NCBI GenBank assembly: GCA_050050535.1
Contig: JASFTY010000002.1
Location: 1-44,248, forward strand
Direction of reading: 5' to 3'
DNA length: 44,248 nucleotides
DNA from: Gemmatimonadales bacterium
Lineage (GTDB): Bacteria > Gemmatimonadota > Gemmatimonadetes > Palauibacterales > KS3-K002
Position 1 is the first letter of the stretch; each line of letters begins with the position of its first letter. Shown piece after piece: positions 1 to 8,157 of this stretch. Made by a program: the position numbers and the translations under genes. The notes under the pieces were generated by a model. The model was not told the origin of the DNA. It did not search any database and saw only the letters and a program-made list of their open reading frames with translations.

Positions 1-794
1 ACTACCGTCAGCACCAGCGGCACCGCGTAGAGGAACTCCCGCGTGTACGTCGGATACGCCGTCGTCCCGAGATGCGTCGCGAAGTGGAGGTCCTCGAACG
101 GTACGGGCGACAGATACAGCCAGCTCGTGCCACCCGCTTCGTGCTCACCGTAGATCTGGTGGATATACCTGTCCGGCTCGCTGTAGATGCGCCGCCGTGC
201 CTCCTCCAGCAGCTCCGCTCGCCTTCCGAACCTCAGAGCCCCCGTCGGACAGCTGGCCACGCACGCCGGCTCTTCGCCCTGCTGCAACCGCTCGAAGCAC
301 ATATCGCACTTCCGGATCTGCGGGTTCGGGCTGTCGAACTCGAACTTCGGAACGTCGAACGGACACGAGATCATGCAGAACCGGCAACCCATGCACTTGC
401 CCTCCCGCCAGATCACGGGACCCTCGGGTGTCTTCTTCATCGCCGCGGTCAGACAGGCCGCACCGCATGCCGGTTGCAGGCAGTGCATACACTGCCGCTT
501 GACCGTCACCCGCCCCCTCTCGGTCTCGTACGCGTTCACCACCGTCAGCCGATCCGCCGAGGTCTCCCGCCCCTCGTACAGATCGACCTCTTCCTCCGGC
601 GGTGGCAGTCCGTGAGCCTCGGCGCACGCTCGCTCGCACGCCCGGCATCCGAGGCACATCGTCGTGTCGACCAAACAGCCCATCGCCGCGCCGTCAGCGC
701 CGCCGGATTCACTCTCTTGGGCGTGCAGGTCTTTTCCCACCAGAACCGAGGCCCCTGCCGCGCAGATCGTCTTCAACAGATCCCGTCTATGCAT
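1..794 (-). CDS. Tat-exported 4x[4Fe-4S] ferredoxin-type subunit of a membrane oxidoreductase (HybA/NrfC/DmsB-like); 3' end runs off the window
   Basis: Absent from the ORF track because there is no in-window stop. My translation from the ATG at comp(794..792) gives MHRRDLLKTICAAGASVLVG..., a twin-arginine RRDLLK signal. Four Cys clusters follow: CLGCRACERAC, CMHCLQPACGAAC, CMGCRFCMISCP and CDMC..CVASCP. A hydrophobic tail begins at the window edge. Confidence 0.8.
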   Translation of the reverse strand, partial: MHRRDLLKTICAAGASVLVGKDLHAQESESGGADGAAMGCLVDTTMCLGCRACERACAEAHGLPPPEEEVDLYEGRETSADRLTVVNAYETERGRVTVKRQCMHCLQPACGAACLTAAMKKTPEGPVIWREGKCMGCRFCMISCPFDVPKFEFDSPNPQIRKCDMCFERLQQGEEPACVASCPTGALRFGRRAELLEEARRRIYSEPDRYIHQIYGEHEAGGTSWLYLSPVPFEDLHFATHLGTTAYPTYTREFLYAVPLVLTV

Positions 795-955
795 ACCTCG
801 ACCTACCTCGTGAGGGTGACGCTCTCCACAACACCCTGCTTCTTCACCGACCCCTCAACTGTGTGACTGTGGGAGTGGTGGGAGCGACAGGCACTGGGCG
901 AGGCACGAGTTGCTAATCCGCACTCAGACGTGGTCGCCGACGCGTGCCTCTGGAA

Positions 956-1153
956 TCATCTGCCTCCGTATGGGAAGGTCACCTCGTCGCAACGCCAGCA
1001 GCCCTGTTCTCTGAGATCGCCGGCCTTGTCGACGCCCTTGTCACAGAGCCAACCGTTACCCTCCTTGTCCTTCACGTACTCCAAGGGTCGTCCCGGATAC
1101 TCTGGCTCGTAGTGTTCGGGATACTCGGGCATGATCTCTTTCCTGACTTTCAT
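956..1153 (-). CDS. small (65 aa) Cys-containing hypothetical protein, first gene of the sigma-54 driven operon
   Basis: ATG at 1153 is preceded by a strong SD (AAGGAGGTGG, comp 1157-1166). The peptide is MKVRKEIMPEYPEHYEPEYPGRPLEYVKDKEGNGWLCDKGVDKAGDLREQGCWRCDEVTFPYGGR. I recognise no family. Confidence 0.55.
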   Translation of the reverse strand: MKVRKEIMPEYPEHYEPEYPGRPLEYVKDKEGNGWLCDKGVDKAGDLREQGCWRCDEVTFPYGGR

Positions 1154-1192
1154 GGTCCACCTCCTTGGACTGCTGTTGCGCTCCTTTCAAAG

Positions 1193-1208
1193 GCAGCATG
1201 TGTGCCAG
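1193..1208 (-). promoter_or_regulatory. sigma-54 (-24/-12) promoter
   Basis: The minus strand reads CTGGCAC-ACATG-CTGC, against the consensus TGGCAC-N5-TTGC. It lies about 40 nt upstream of the ATG at 1153. Confidence 0.6.
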
Positions 1209-1300
1209 GGCAGAGCCGCGGGCGCTGAGCAAGGCTAGATCCCACTCTCGGGCGATCCTGGTAGCCGCCATCCGCAGTCCAGCCGCGGAATCGATGCAAA

Positions 1301-1376
1301 TCTGCACCTCACGGAGCCCTGCGGGTCGCGCTTCTGCACTCCCCGGGTCCCGGGAGCGGTTGCGCTGGAGTGCAGA
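1301..1376. promoter_or_regulatory. candidate enhancer (UAS) sites: three TCTGCAC copies including a 10-bp inverted repeat
   Basis: TCTGCACCTC lies at 1301-1310. TCTGCACTCC at 1333-1342 and its perfect complement GGAGTGCAGA at 1367-1376 form an inverted repeat. The sites lie between two divergent sigma-54-like promoters. Confidence 0.35.
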
Positions 1377-1380
1377 GGTT

Positions 1381-1397
1381 CTGGCCTCGCCCTTGCT
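1381..1397 (+). promoter_or_regulatory. second sigma-54-like promoter facing the cupin gene
   Basis: The plus strand reads CTGGCCT-CGCCC-TTGCT, with correct GG-N10-GC spacing. It lies about 120 nt upstream of the cupin start. Confidence 0.4.
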
Positions 1398-1514
1398 CGG
1401 TGTGGAAACAGAGGCTTAGCGACTCGGGGTAATGGCTGGCCAGTATTGCTGCGGTCGATCGGGCAGCCGGGGCCGGGGCTTGAGCCCGGGTGGCGCGGGA
1501 GAGGAGGTGAAATC

Positions 1515-1826
1515 GTGCCTGAGATTACGCTGGACACCAACGAGTTGGCGTGGAAGGAGACGAGTTCCTACCCCAAGGGTACTTTGATCAAGGTGCTGCG
1601 GGACGAGGGGGAAGCACGGTCGGTGCTGCTGAAGCTTCCTGCGGGGTTCCGCATGGAGGCTCACTCCCACACCTGCTGCGAACAGCACTTCGTGCTGGAA
1701 GGCGGATACGAGACGGGGGGAGTGGAGCACGGACCCGGCACCTACCAGTGCATCCCCGCCCATACCGACCACGGCCCGTTCGCCAGCCGAGGGGGGGCGG
1801 TAATTCTGGTCATCTGGGGGGACTGA
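1515..1826 (+). CDS. cupin domain protein (ChrR-like cupin)
   Basis: Same frame as track ORF 1446..1826. I prefer the GTG at 1515, which sits 6 nt after GGAGGTG. Cupin-like motifs are present: FRMEAHSHTCCEQHFVLEGG...GTYQCIPAHTDHGP. Confidence 0.7.
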   Translation: MPEITLDTNELAWKETSSYPKGTLIKVLRDEGEARSVLLKLPAGFRMEAHSHTCCEQHFVLEGGYETGGVEHGPGTYQCIPAHTDHGPFASRGGAVILVIWGD

Positions 1827-1871
1827 GTTCCCCCAGACAGGGTTCGAGGCTGTCGATCGGGGTTCCGGCAG

Positions 1872-3299
1872 CTAGGTCTCCGAAGGCTCTTGCGCGGAGC
1901 CTCCGGAAGTATCGGACGGCAGCAGTCCCAGGCGGCGCATCTTTCGGTAGAGGGTGGACTTGTGGATACCCAACTCCTCCGCAGTGGACACCCGGCTCCC
2001 CTGGTTCCTCTCCAGGGCCGAGATAATCACACGTCTCTCGCAGTCGTCCAGACTGTCCGTCGCAATCGCTCCCTCGTTCGACTCCACCAGCCAACCGGGT
2101 AAGTGCTCCACGTCGATCAGCGGGCCGCCAGTCAGGACGAAGCCACGCTCCACGATGTTCTCCAGCTCGCGGACGTTGCCAGGGAAGTCGTGATTCATCA
2201 GGATGCGCAACGCCTCGGGCGTGAACCCCTCAACGGGCTTATCGTGAAGCAGGGCGAGTTCGGCTATGAAATGCCGGACCAGGGGCAACACATCTTCGGG
2301 GCGCTCGCGAAGCGGCGGCAGATCGAGTTGGATCACGTTGATGCGGTAGTAGAAGTCGCGCCGAAAGGCGCCCGCCTCCACCATCGCGGCTAGGTCCTGG
2401 TTCGTCGCGGCGACGATACGCGCATTCGTATGTAGGGTCTTCGTCCCTCCCAGCGGCTCATAGGTCCTGTCCTGCATCACACGCAGGAGCTTACCCTGCA
2501 CCGGCAGCGGCAGATTCCCTATCTCGTCCAGGAACAGGGTCCCGTTCTCCGCCCGAGCAAAGCGGCCCACCTTGGCCCGGTCCGCCCCGGTGAACGCTCC
2601 CTTCTCATAGCCGAAGAGCTCAGACTCCACCAAGGTCTCGGGGAAGCACGCGCAGTTGACGGCTACGAAGGGCCCGTCCTTCCGCAGGCTCAGGCTGTGC
2701 ACAGCACGGGCAAGCAGCTCCTTGCCTGTGCCCGTCTCGCCCCTGATCAGAATGGTGCTGTCACTCTCCGCCACGACGGGCAGGAGGTCCAGAAGTTGTC
2801 GGACCCGAGGATTCCTGCTGACGATGTCTCCGGAGGTGTACCTTTCTTCGACTCGCTTCCTCAGGGCTTCGATCTGGCGAAGATCCCGCAGCGTCTCCAC
2901 GCCCCCCTTGAGCCGGCCCTGCCGATCACGGTAGAGAGCCGTCGACACGCTCACAGGCACCTTCCGATCGTGGGCGTCCGTGATGTAGACCACCAGGCCC
3001 GAAACCGGTGTACCGCTCTCCAGGGTCCGGCGGATGGGACATGCGTCTTGGCAGAGATCGGACTTGAGGACGTCGTAGCAGAAACGGCCCAGGACTTCAG
3101 AGCGGCGGTATCCCGTGATCTCCTCGGCCGCCCGGTTGAAACAGGTGATGTGCCACTCCCTGTCCACCGTCACGACGCCGTCGGAGATACTGTGCACCAC
3201 GGCCTCGAACCGTTCCGGCGACGGCTCCCGGAAGCTGTCCCGCGTTTCCGCTTCCGCTCCCGCCGTGCGGGAGGGTTGGAGACCGGTATCCTTGTCCAT
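1872..3299 (-). CDS. sigma-54-dependent Fis-family transcriptional activator (PAS + AAA+ + HTH)
   Basis: This is the C-terminal 475 aa of the 880-aa track ORF, starting at MDKDTGLQ (ATG comp 3299). Motifs: a PAS-like N-domain, Walker A GETGTGKE, the sigma-54 contact motif EKGAFTGA, Walker B LFLDEIG, and a C-terminal Fis HTH ([17 protein letters not shown]). Confidence 0.9.
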   Translation of the reverse strand: MDKDTGLQPSRTAGAEAETRDSFREPSPERFEAVVHSISDGVVTVDREWHITCFNRAAEEITGYRRSEVLGRFCYDVLKSDLCQDACPIRRTLESGTPVSGLVVYITDAHDRKVPVSVSTALYRDRQGRLKGGVETLRDLRQIEALRKRVEERYTSGDIVSRNPRVRQLLDLLPVVAESDSTILIRGETGTGKELLARAVHSLSLRKDGPFVAVNCACFPETLVESELFGYEKGAFTGADRAKVGRFARAENGTLFLDEIGNLPLPVQGKLLRVMQDRTYEPLGGTKTLHTNARIVAATNQDLAAMVEAGAFRRDFYYRINVIQLDLPPLRERPEDVLPLVRHFIAELALLHDKPVEGFTPEALRILMNHDFPGNVRELENIVERGFVLTGGPLIDVEHLPGWLVESNEGAIATDSLDDCERRVIISALERNQGSRVSTAEELGIHKSTLYRKMRRLGLLPSDTSGGSAQEPSET

Positions 3300-3442
3300 G
3301 GCGTTACCCGACCCACCCTGCTGCTGACCATCGGCGGGTCTTGCAAGGCGGCGGGCCCTCGAAGAAATAGAACACCCACTCACCACGTAGGTCAAGCTGA
3401 GTCGATCGTTCCCGGCCTGTCTGACCGCCCAGACCTCGACCG

Positions 3443-4213
3443 CTAAACAAGCAACAGGCTGAGCACCGCCACCGCCGCTCCCGTGGTGGTGGCGATCACG
3501 TTCACGACATCGTTGTCCACGCCCGGCAGGCCCGCGACCCGCCGAGCCCGATCCGGGCAACCGTCGTGACGCGCCACCTCCGGGCTCGCGCCGCAGCTCG
3601 CACAGCGATAGACCGCCTGGACGCCCGCGCCCGCCACCGAATCGGCCAGCGAGCCCGCCAGGCCGCCCAGCGCGACGGCCGGCAGGGCGCTCGCCTCGAG
3701 GCCCGGCACGAGCCAGCGACCCACGGCGGCGACCGCCAGCGCGCCCGCCGCAGAGCCCAGCGTCCCGGGAAGCGAGACGGCCCCGGAAGTCCCCGGCGGC
3801 TGTCGCCGCAGGGTGAGGATCGAGCGCGGCCGCCGCCCCAGGCGCACGCCCACCTCCGTGGCCCAGGTGTCGGCCGTAGCGGCGGCGACGGCGCCCAGCA
3901 ACGCAAGATCGGCTAGCGCGTGCAGCGAGTGAAAGCAGGCGGCCAGCGCCGCGGCCGCGCCGTTGGCCAGCACCTGGCGCGCCCCGCGCCTCGAGCGTGC
4001 GCCAGCGCCCGGCAGCGCCGATAGCGCGCTGGAGCTCACGAAGAACAGCACCAGGACCATCGCCGGCCCGAGCCCCGCAAACCCGAACACCATGCTTCCC
4101 ACAAGCGTTGCGGCCACCGCTCCCCCGCCGCTCAGGGCACGAAGCCGCCAGGCGGTGGCGGACACCGCCGCCGCAGCGCCGACTGCGATCAGCCCTTTGA
4201 GTAGAAGCTCCAT
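3443..4213 (-). CDS. DUF92/TMEM19-family integral membrane protein
   Basis: 256-aa polytopic Ala/Gly/Leu-rich protein. It carries the DTWATEVG and LADSVAGAGVQ motifs typical of DUF92, plus a Cys-x2-Cys...H..C insert. Confidence 0.75.
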   Translation of the reverse strand: MELLLKGLIAVGAAAAVSATAWRLRALSGGGAVAATLVGSMVFGFAGLGPAMVLVLFFVSSSALSALPGAGARSRRGARQVLANGAAAALAACFHSLHALADLALLGAVAAATADTWATEVGVRLGRRPRSILTLRRQPPGTSGAVSLPGTLGSAAGALAVAAVGRWLVPGLEASALPAVALGGLAGSLADSVAGAGVQAVYRCASCGASPEVARHDGCPDRARRVAGLPGVDNDVVNVIATTTGAAVAVLSLLLV

Positions 4214-4281
4214 CGATCCCTTCGCCTCGCGACCCGAGCCCGCGCCTTGCGACAGCCGGGCCGGCGCTTATTCTCGGAGCG

Positions 4282-5772
4282 ATGCGAAATTCACGCAACG
4301 ACACGGGGCCGGCCAGCACCCGGAACGGCCTCGTCCTGGCCGGTCCGCTGGTCTTCGCCGTCCTCTTGCTGCTGCCGAGACCGGCAGGCATATCGCCGGC
4401 CGCCCACGCCACCCTCGCCATGGCCGGTTGGATGGCCGTCTGGTGGCTCACCGTCGCCGTTCCCCTGGCGGTCACCGCGCTCCTGCCCCTCGTCCTCATC
4501 CCGGTGCTGGACATCGGTTCCCCGGCCGCCGCGGCAGCTCCCTACGCGAATCCCGTCATCTTCCTCTTCATGGGCGGATTCTTCATCGCCGCGGCGATGC
4601 AGCGCTGGCAGCTCCACCGGCGCGTCGCCCTCGCGGTCGTCGCCTGGACCGGGACATCGCCCCGCCGCCTGGTCGCCGGGTTCATGCTCGCCTGCGCCCT
4701 GCTCAGCATGTGGATGTCCAACACGGCGGCCACGCTCATGATGATGCCCATCGGCATCGCCGTCCTCAGTCTGCTCAAGACGCCGACCTCCGGCGACGAT
4801 AACCACGCTGCCGCACCCGGTCTCGGCGTGGCGCTGATGCTCGGTATCGCCTACGCCGGGTCGATCGGCGGCGTCTCGACATTGATCGGCACGCCACCCA
4901 ACGCCGTGCTCGCCGGCCTCGCCGACGAGTTGCTCGATATGGATCTCTCCTTCGCGCGATGGATGTCCATCGGCTTGCCCGTCACCGTTCTCATGCTGGG
5001 CGGTTGCTGGGCTATGCTATGCCTCGTCCTCTTCAAGCTGCCCGCCAAGCCGGTCGCCGGTGCGTCGACGGTCATCGAGCGCGAGCGCGGCAGGCTGGGA
5101 AGCTGGCTCGCCGCAGAACGTGTCACAGCCGCCGTCTTCGCGCTCGCAGCACTCGCCTGGGTGCTCCGGGCTCCGAAACAGATCGGTGGACTGACGATCC
5201 CCGGCCTCCAGACGCTATTACCCCAGGTGGGTGACGCGACGATCGCCGTCGCCGCCGCGCTCGTGCTCTTTCTCTGGCCGGCTCGCGATCACGACGGTGG
5301 CGCTACCCGGGTGCTTGACTGGCAGCACGCGCGCTCCATACCGTGGGACATCCTCGTGTTGTTCGGCGGCGGCTTGTCCCTGGCCTCGGCGTTCGAGTCG
5401 AGCGGGTTGACGGAGTGGTTGGGTGGTGAGCTCGCCATACTCGCCGGGCTCCCGGACCTGCTGATCATCGCCGCAGTCGCGACGACGTTCGTGTTCGTCA
5501 CCGAGATCACCTCGAACACCGCCACCGCGACGCTCGGCCTGCCGGTGATGGCGGCTCTCGGACCTTCGGTCGGCGTCGAACCGCTGGCCTTGATGACCGC
5601 CGCCGCGATGGGCTCGTCGATGGCGTTCATGCTGCCCGTCGCCACACCGCCCAACGCCATCGTCTTCGGGACCGGCTACATTGACGCCGGCGAGATGAGG
5701 CGCGCCGGCTTCTGGCTCAACCTGGTGGGTATTGTGATTATCACCGCAGCGGTAGCGACCAGATTCGGTTGA
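4282..5772 (+). CDS. DASS/SLC13-family anion:sodium symporter
   Basis: 496-aa polytopic protein with the two SNT-type hairpin motifs (MWMSNTAATLMM and TEITSNTATATL) characteristic of divalent anion:Na+ symporters. Confidence 0.85.
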   Translation: MRNSRNDTGPASTRNGLVLAGPLVFAVLLLLPRPAGISPAAHATLAMAGWMAVWWLTVAVPLAVTALLPLVLIPVLDIGSPAAAAAPYANPVIFLFMGGFFIAAAMQRWQLHRRVALAVVAWTGTSPRRLVAGFMLACALLSMWMSNTAATLMMMPIGIAVLSLLKTPTSGDDNHAAAPGLGVALMLGIAYAGSIGGVSTLIGTPPNAVLAGLADELLDMDLSFARWMSIGLPVTVLMLGGCWAMLCLVLFKLPAKPVAGASTVIERERGRLGSWLAAERVTAAVFALAALAWVLRAPKQIGGLTIPGLQTLLPQVGDATIAVAAALVLFLWPARDHDGGATRVLDWQHARSIPWDILVLFGGGLSLASAFESSGLTEWLGGELAILAGLPDLLIIAAVATTFVFVTEITSNTATATLGLPVMAALGPSVGVEPLALMTAAAMGSSMAFMLPVATPPNAIVFGTGYIDAGEMRRAGFWLNLVGIVIITAAVATRFG

Positions 5773-5783
5773 CCGCTCCGCCG

Positions 5784-5821
5784 AAACGTGCAGTCGAATG
5801 GATTCTCACGATCGAGGTGTC
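5784..5821 (+). repeat. shared translation-initiation module, copy 1 (AAACG..ATGGAYTCWCACGATCGAGGYGTY)
   Basis: The first 8 codons (MDSHDRGV) are identical at the amino-acid level to those of the ORF at 27449. Identity is 20/24 nt and all 4 differences are synonymous. An upstream AAACG is also shared. Confidence 0.6.
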
Positions 5822-6433
5822 GACGCCAGGCTCCCGCTGGCACTCCTGAAGGCGGTGCAGCAGCAGGATGCACCCCCGGAACTCATGCCGGATGAAAACC
5901 CCCGCTCCTTCTTTCCCCATCGCCTCGGACTCAGCGGCGTCGTCGAGCACCAGATCCGCCAGTTCCGACGCCTCGCGCGCCGCCGCCGCCGCGTCGACGA
6001 GGCGGAGCTCGTCGCGCTCCTCGAGCTGATCGCCCGCCGCTCTGACGCCGGCGCCGTCTTCACCGCCGCCGGCCGCGAGCTGGCCGGTCTCCACTTCTCG
6101 GGTCCCCGGGAACTGCTCCGCCGCATCGCCCGGCGACTGCCGCTGCCGCTTCGCCGGCGCGCCGCACTCCGCGCCCTGCGCACCGCCAACGCCACCTACC
6201 TCATCGCAGCGGAAAAGGCCGTCGAGACCGAGCCGTTCGAGATCCGCGCCACCGACGCGCTCACCGCCCGAGTCGGCGCCTATGGCGCCGCCTGCAAGTT
6301 GTACGGCTCGCTAGCCGCCAACCTGCTGGAGCTTAGCGGGCTGGGGGCAACGACGATCGCGCATCCGGAGTGCCAGCGGCACGGCGACGAGCGCTGTGTG
6401 TGGAAGGCGGAGGGGGAGTCCGGTGGGCGGTAG
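5798..6433 (+). CDS. hypothetical protein with V4R-like (4-vinyl-reductase-type) C-terminal Cys motif
   Basis: 211 aa. The C-terminus, GAACKLYGSLAANLLELSGLGATTIAHPECQRHGDERCVWKAE, resembles the V4R ligand-binding domain pattern C..G....E.C...G...C. The assignment is tentative. Confidence 0.5.
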   Translation: MDSHDRGVDARLPLALLKAVQQQDAPPELMPDENPRSFFPHRLGLSGVVEHQIRQFRRLARRRRRVDEAELVALLELIARRSDAGAVFTAAGRELAGLHFSGPRELLRRIARRLPLPLRRRAALRALRTANATYLIAAEKAVETEPFEIRATDALTARVGAYGAACKLYGSLAANLLELSGLGATTIAHPECQRHGDERCVWKAEGESGGR

Positions 6434-6533
6434 ACGGTAGGCGGTGCGGCGGTGAGCGGTGATTGGCAACTCTCGCGGTCACCCACTGTCAGTTACTGCC
6501 TACCGCCGCACCGCCCACTGCTCACCACCCGCC
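6422..6533. repeat. long imperfect palindrome (family 2), includes the stop codon of the upstream gene
   Basis: The core arms at 6440-6465 (GGCGGTGCGGCGGTGAGCGGTGATTG) and 6490-6515 (CAGTTACTGCCTACCGCCGCACCGCC) pair with one mismatch if G:U is allowed. Pairing continues outward to about 6422/6533. The element shares GCGGTAGNCGGTAG, GGTGAGCGGTGA and CACTGT..TTAC with the element at 22532-22599. Confidence 0.6.
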
Positions 6534-6585
6534 CATTGCCGACTGCCCTTAGGGCGCATCGGCCCCTTACAGCCTCACGGTGCCC

Positions 6586-7521
6586 TCAGTGTAACTCACT
6601 CGGCTCCACGTGCACGACTACATCCTCCAGGTCCAGCTCCGCGGCCACACGGCGCTCGACCTCGTCGGCGATGGCGTGCGCCGCGCGGACCTCGGTTGCC
6701 GGGTGGACACGGACCGTCAGCTCGGCGAAACCTTCGCCGGGCCGGCCCCGCGAGCGGATATCCTGGACGCTCTCGACGCCTTCCACCGCCGACGCGATGT
6801 CATAGACGCGATTCGCGTCGACGGCGGCCCGGTCGACCAGGACCGGAACGGTTCTGCGCAGGATCTGGTAACCGCTTTGGGCGACGAGTATGGCGACGAT
6901 CACCGCCAGGACCGCATCGGCCGCCCCCCAGCCCAAGCGGACCAGGCCGAGCCCGACCAGCACCGCGAGCGTCACCCAGACATCGGCCTGCGTGTGCCGC
7001 GCATCGGCGAGCAACAGCTCGCTGCGGAGCTCCCTACCGCGCCGACGCTCGTAGTACGCAATCGCGATGTTCACCAACATCGTCGCCGCCAGGATGGTCA
7101 CCGCCGTCACCCCGGGCTCCGGCGGCGCCGCGCCGCGGATCAGTCTCAGCGATGCGGTCCTCAGCAGCTCGAAGCAGGTGATCGAGAGGAAGCCGGCGAT
7201 GACGAAGGCACCCAGTGTCTCGAACTTACCGTGCCCGTAAGGGTGCTCATCGTCGGGCGGCGCCGCAGCCAGGTGGATCGCGGTCAGCGCGATCACGTTG
7301 CTCAACGCATCGGTGCCGGAATGGGCCGCGTCGGCCAGCACCGACAGCGACCCGATCACCCAACCGACCGCCACCTTGACCGCGACCAGCGCCAGGTTCG
7401 CCCAGAGGATCCAGAACAGGATTCGCCGTACCCGGCGCTGCCGCTCGACATCGCCCCACTCCCGCGGTGCCGGCGGCTCAGGCGGCCGCGCCACAGCGCC
7501 CCTGCGCCACCAGGCGCTCAT
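6586..7521 (-). CDS. cation diffusion facilitator (CDF) family metal efflux transporter
   Basis: Motifs: LADAAHSGTDALSN, HPYGHGKFE, ADARHTQADV, and a C-terminal cytoplasmic domain. I place the start at the ATG at comp 7521, which forms an ATGA overlap with the upstream gene's stop. The track start at 7545 is also possible. Confidence 0.88.
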   Translation of the reverse strand: MSAWWRRGAVARPPEPPAPREWGDVERQRRVRRILFWILWANLALVAVKVAVGWVIGSLSVLADAAHSGTDALSNVIALTAIHLAAAPPDDEHPYGHGKFETLGAFVIAGFLSITCFELLRTASLRLIRGAAPPEPGVTAVTILAATMLVNIAIAYYERRRGRELRSELLLADARHTQADVWVTLAVLVGLGLVRLGWGAADAVLAVIVAILVAQSGYQILRRTVPVLVDRAAVDANRVYDIASAVEGVESVQDIRSRGRPGEGFAELTVRVHPATEVRAAHAIADEVERRVAAELDLEDVVVHVEPSELH

Positions 7522-8051
7522 TTGCGCCGGCGACTCAGCAGCCACCCGCGCTGGATCGAGCGCGCCTCCTCGACCCGGACGAAGGCATCCGGGTCCCAGC
7601 GCTCGACCACACGAGAGACGTCCTTCAGCGAGCTCCTTCGCACGACGGAGTACAAGACCTCCACCCGACCCTCACGTCCCTGGCCCAGCATCTCGGTGAC
7701 GCCAAAGCCCACGTCGCGCAGCGCCTCGGCGATCTCGACCCCAGCGCTGCGTGACACGATCTGAACCTCCACCAGCCCCAGCGCCAGCTTCTCCTCGATC
7801 GTCATTCCTACCCAGGTACCGGCCGCGAATCCGCCCGCGTAGGCGAGCACCAGCAGCGGAGAATGCAGATTGCGAACGACCGTCCCAACCACCACTATCC
7901 AGACCAGGATCTCGACGAATCCGACCGACGCAGCGACGACCTTGTGCCCACGCACCGCGGAGATCAGCCGCAGCGTCGCCAGAGAGACGTCGACTATGCG
8001 AAGCAGGAAAATGATTATGGGACCGAGCGGTCCGGTCAGGAACTGTTCCAT
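7518..8051 (-). CDS. UPF0316/DUF2179-family membrane protein
   Basis: Start at MEQFLTGPLGPIIIFLLRIVDVSLATLR (ATG comp 8051). The layout is three TM segments plus a C-terminal soluble DUF2179-like domain, resembling the B. subtilis YebE-type UPF0316 proteins. Confidence 0.75.
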   Translation of the reverse strand: MEQFLTGPLGPIIIFLLRIVDVSLATLRLISAVRGHKVVAASVGFVEILVWIVVVGTVVRNLHSPLLVLAYAGGFAAGTWVGMTIEEKLALGLVEVQIVSRSAGVEIAEALRDVGFGVTEMLGQGREGRVEVLYSVVRRSSLKDVSRVVERWDPDAFVRVEEARSIQRGWLLSRRRK

Positions 8052-8157
8052 CCGATAGGTGCAGCGTTCGTTACTGCCGTCAGCATGATCCGCAGGTGGA
8101 CTCGACGGCGACCAATATGTCGGGCTGAGGACGAGACGCAAGCTGTCGTGTGCCACG

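Noticed and set aside
1872-4514. 880-aa ORF in the track
   Set aside because: This is a read-through artefact. The C-terminal 475 aa form a complete sigma-54 activator starting at MDKD (3299). The upstream 405 codons are Arg/Gly/Ala-rich antisense or off-frame sequence overlapping the real DUF92 gene (3443..4213, different frame) and the DASS gene region.
8138-8155. TGGCAC on the minus strand upstream of the UPF0316 gene (TGGCAC-ACGACAGC-TTGC)
   Set aside because: The spacing between the -24 and -12 elements is N8 instead of N5, so it is not a credible sigma-54 promoter.
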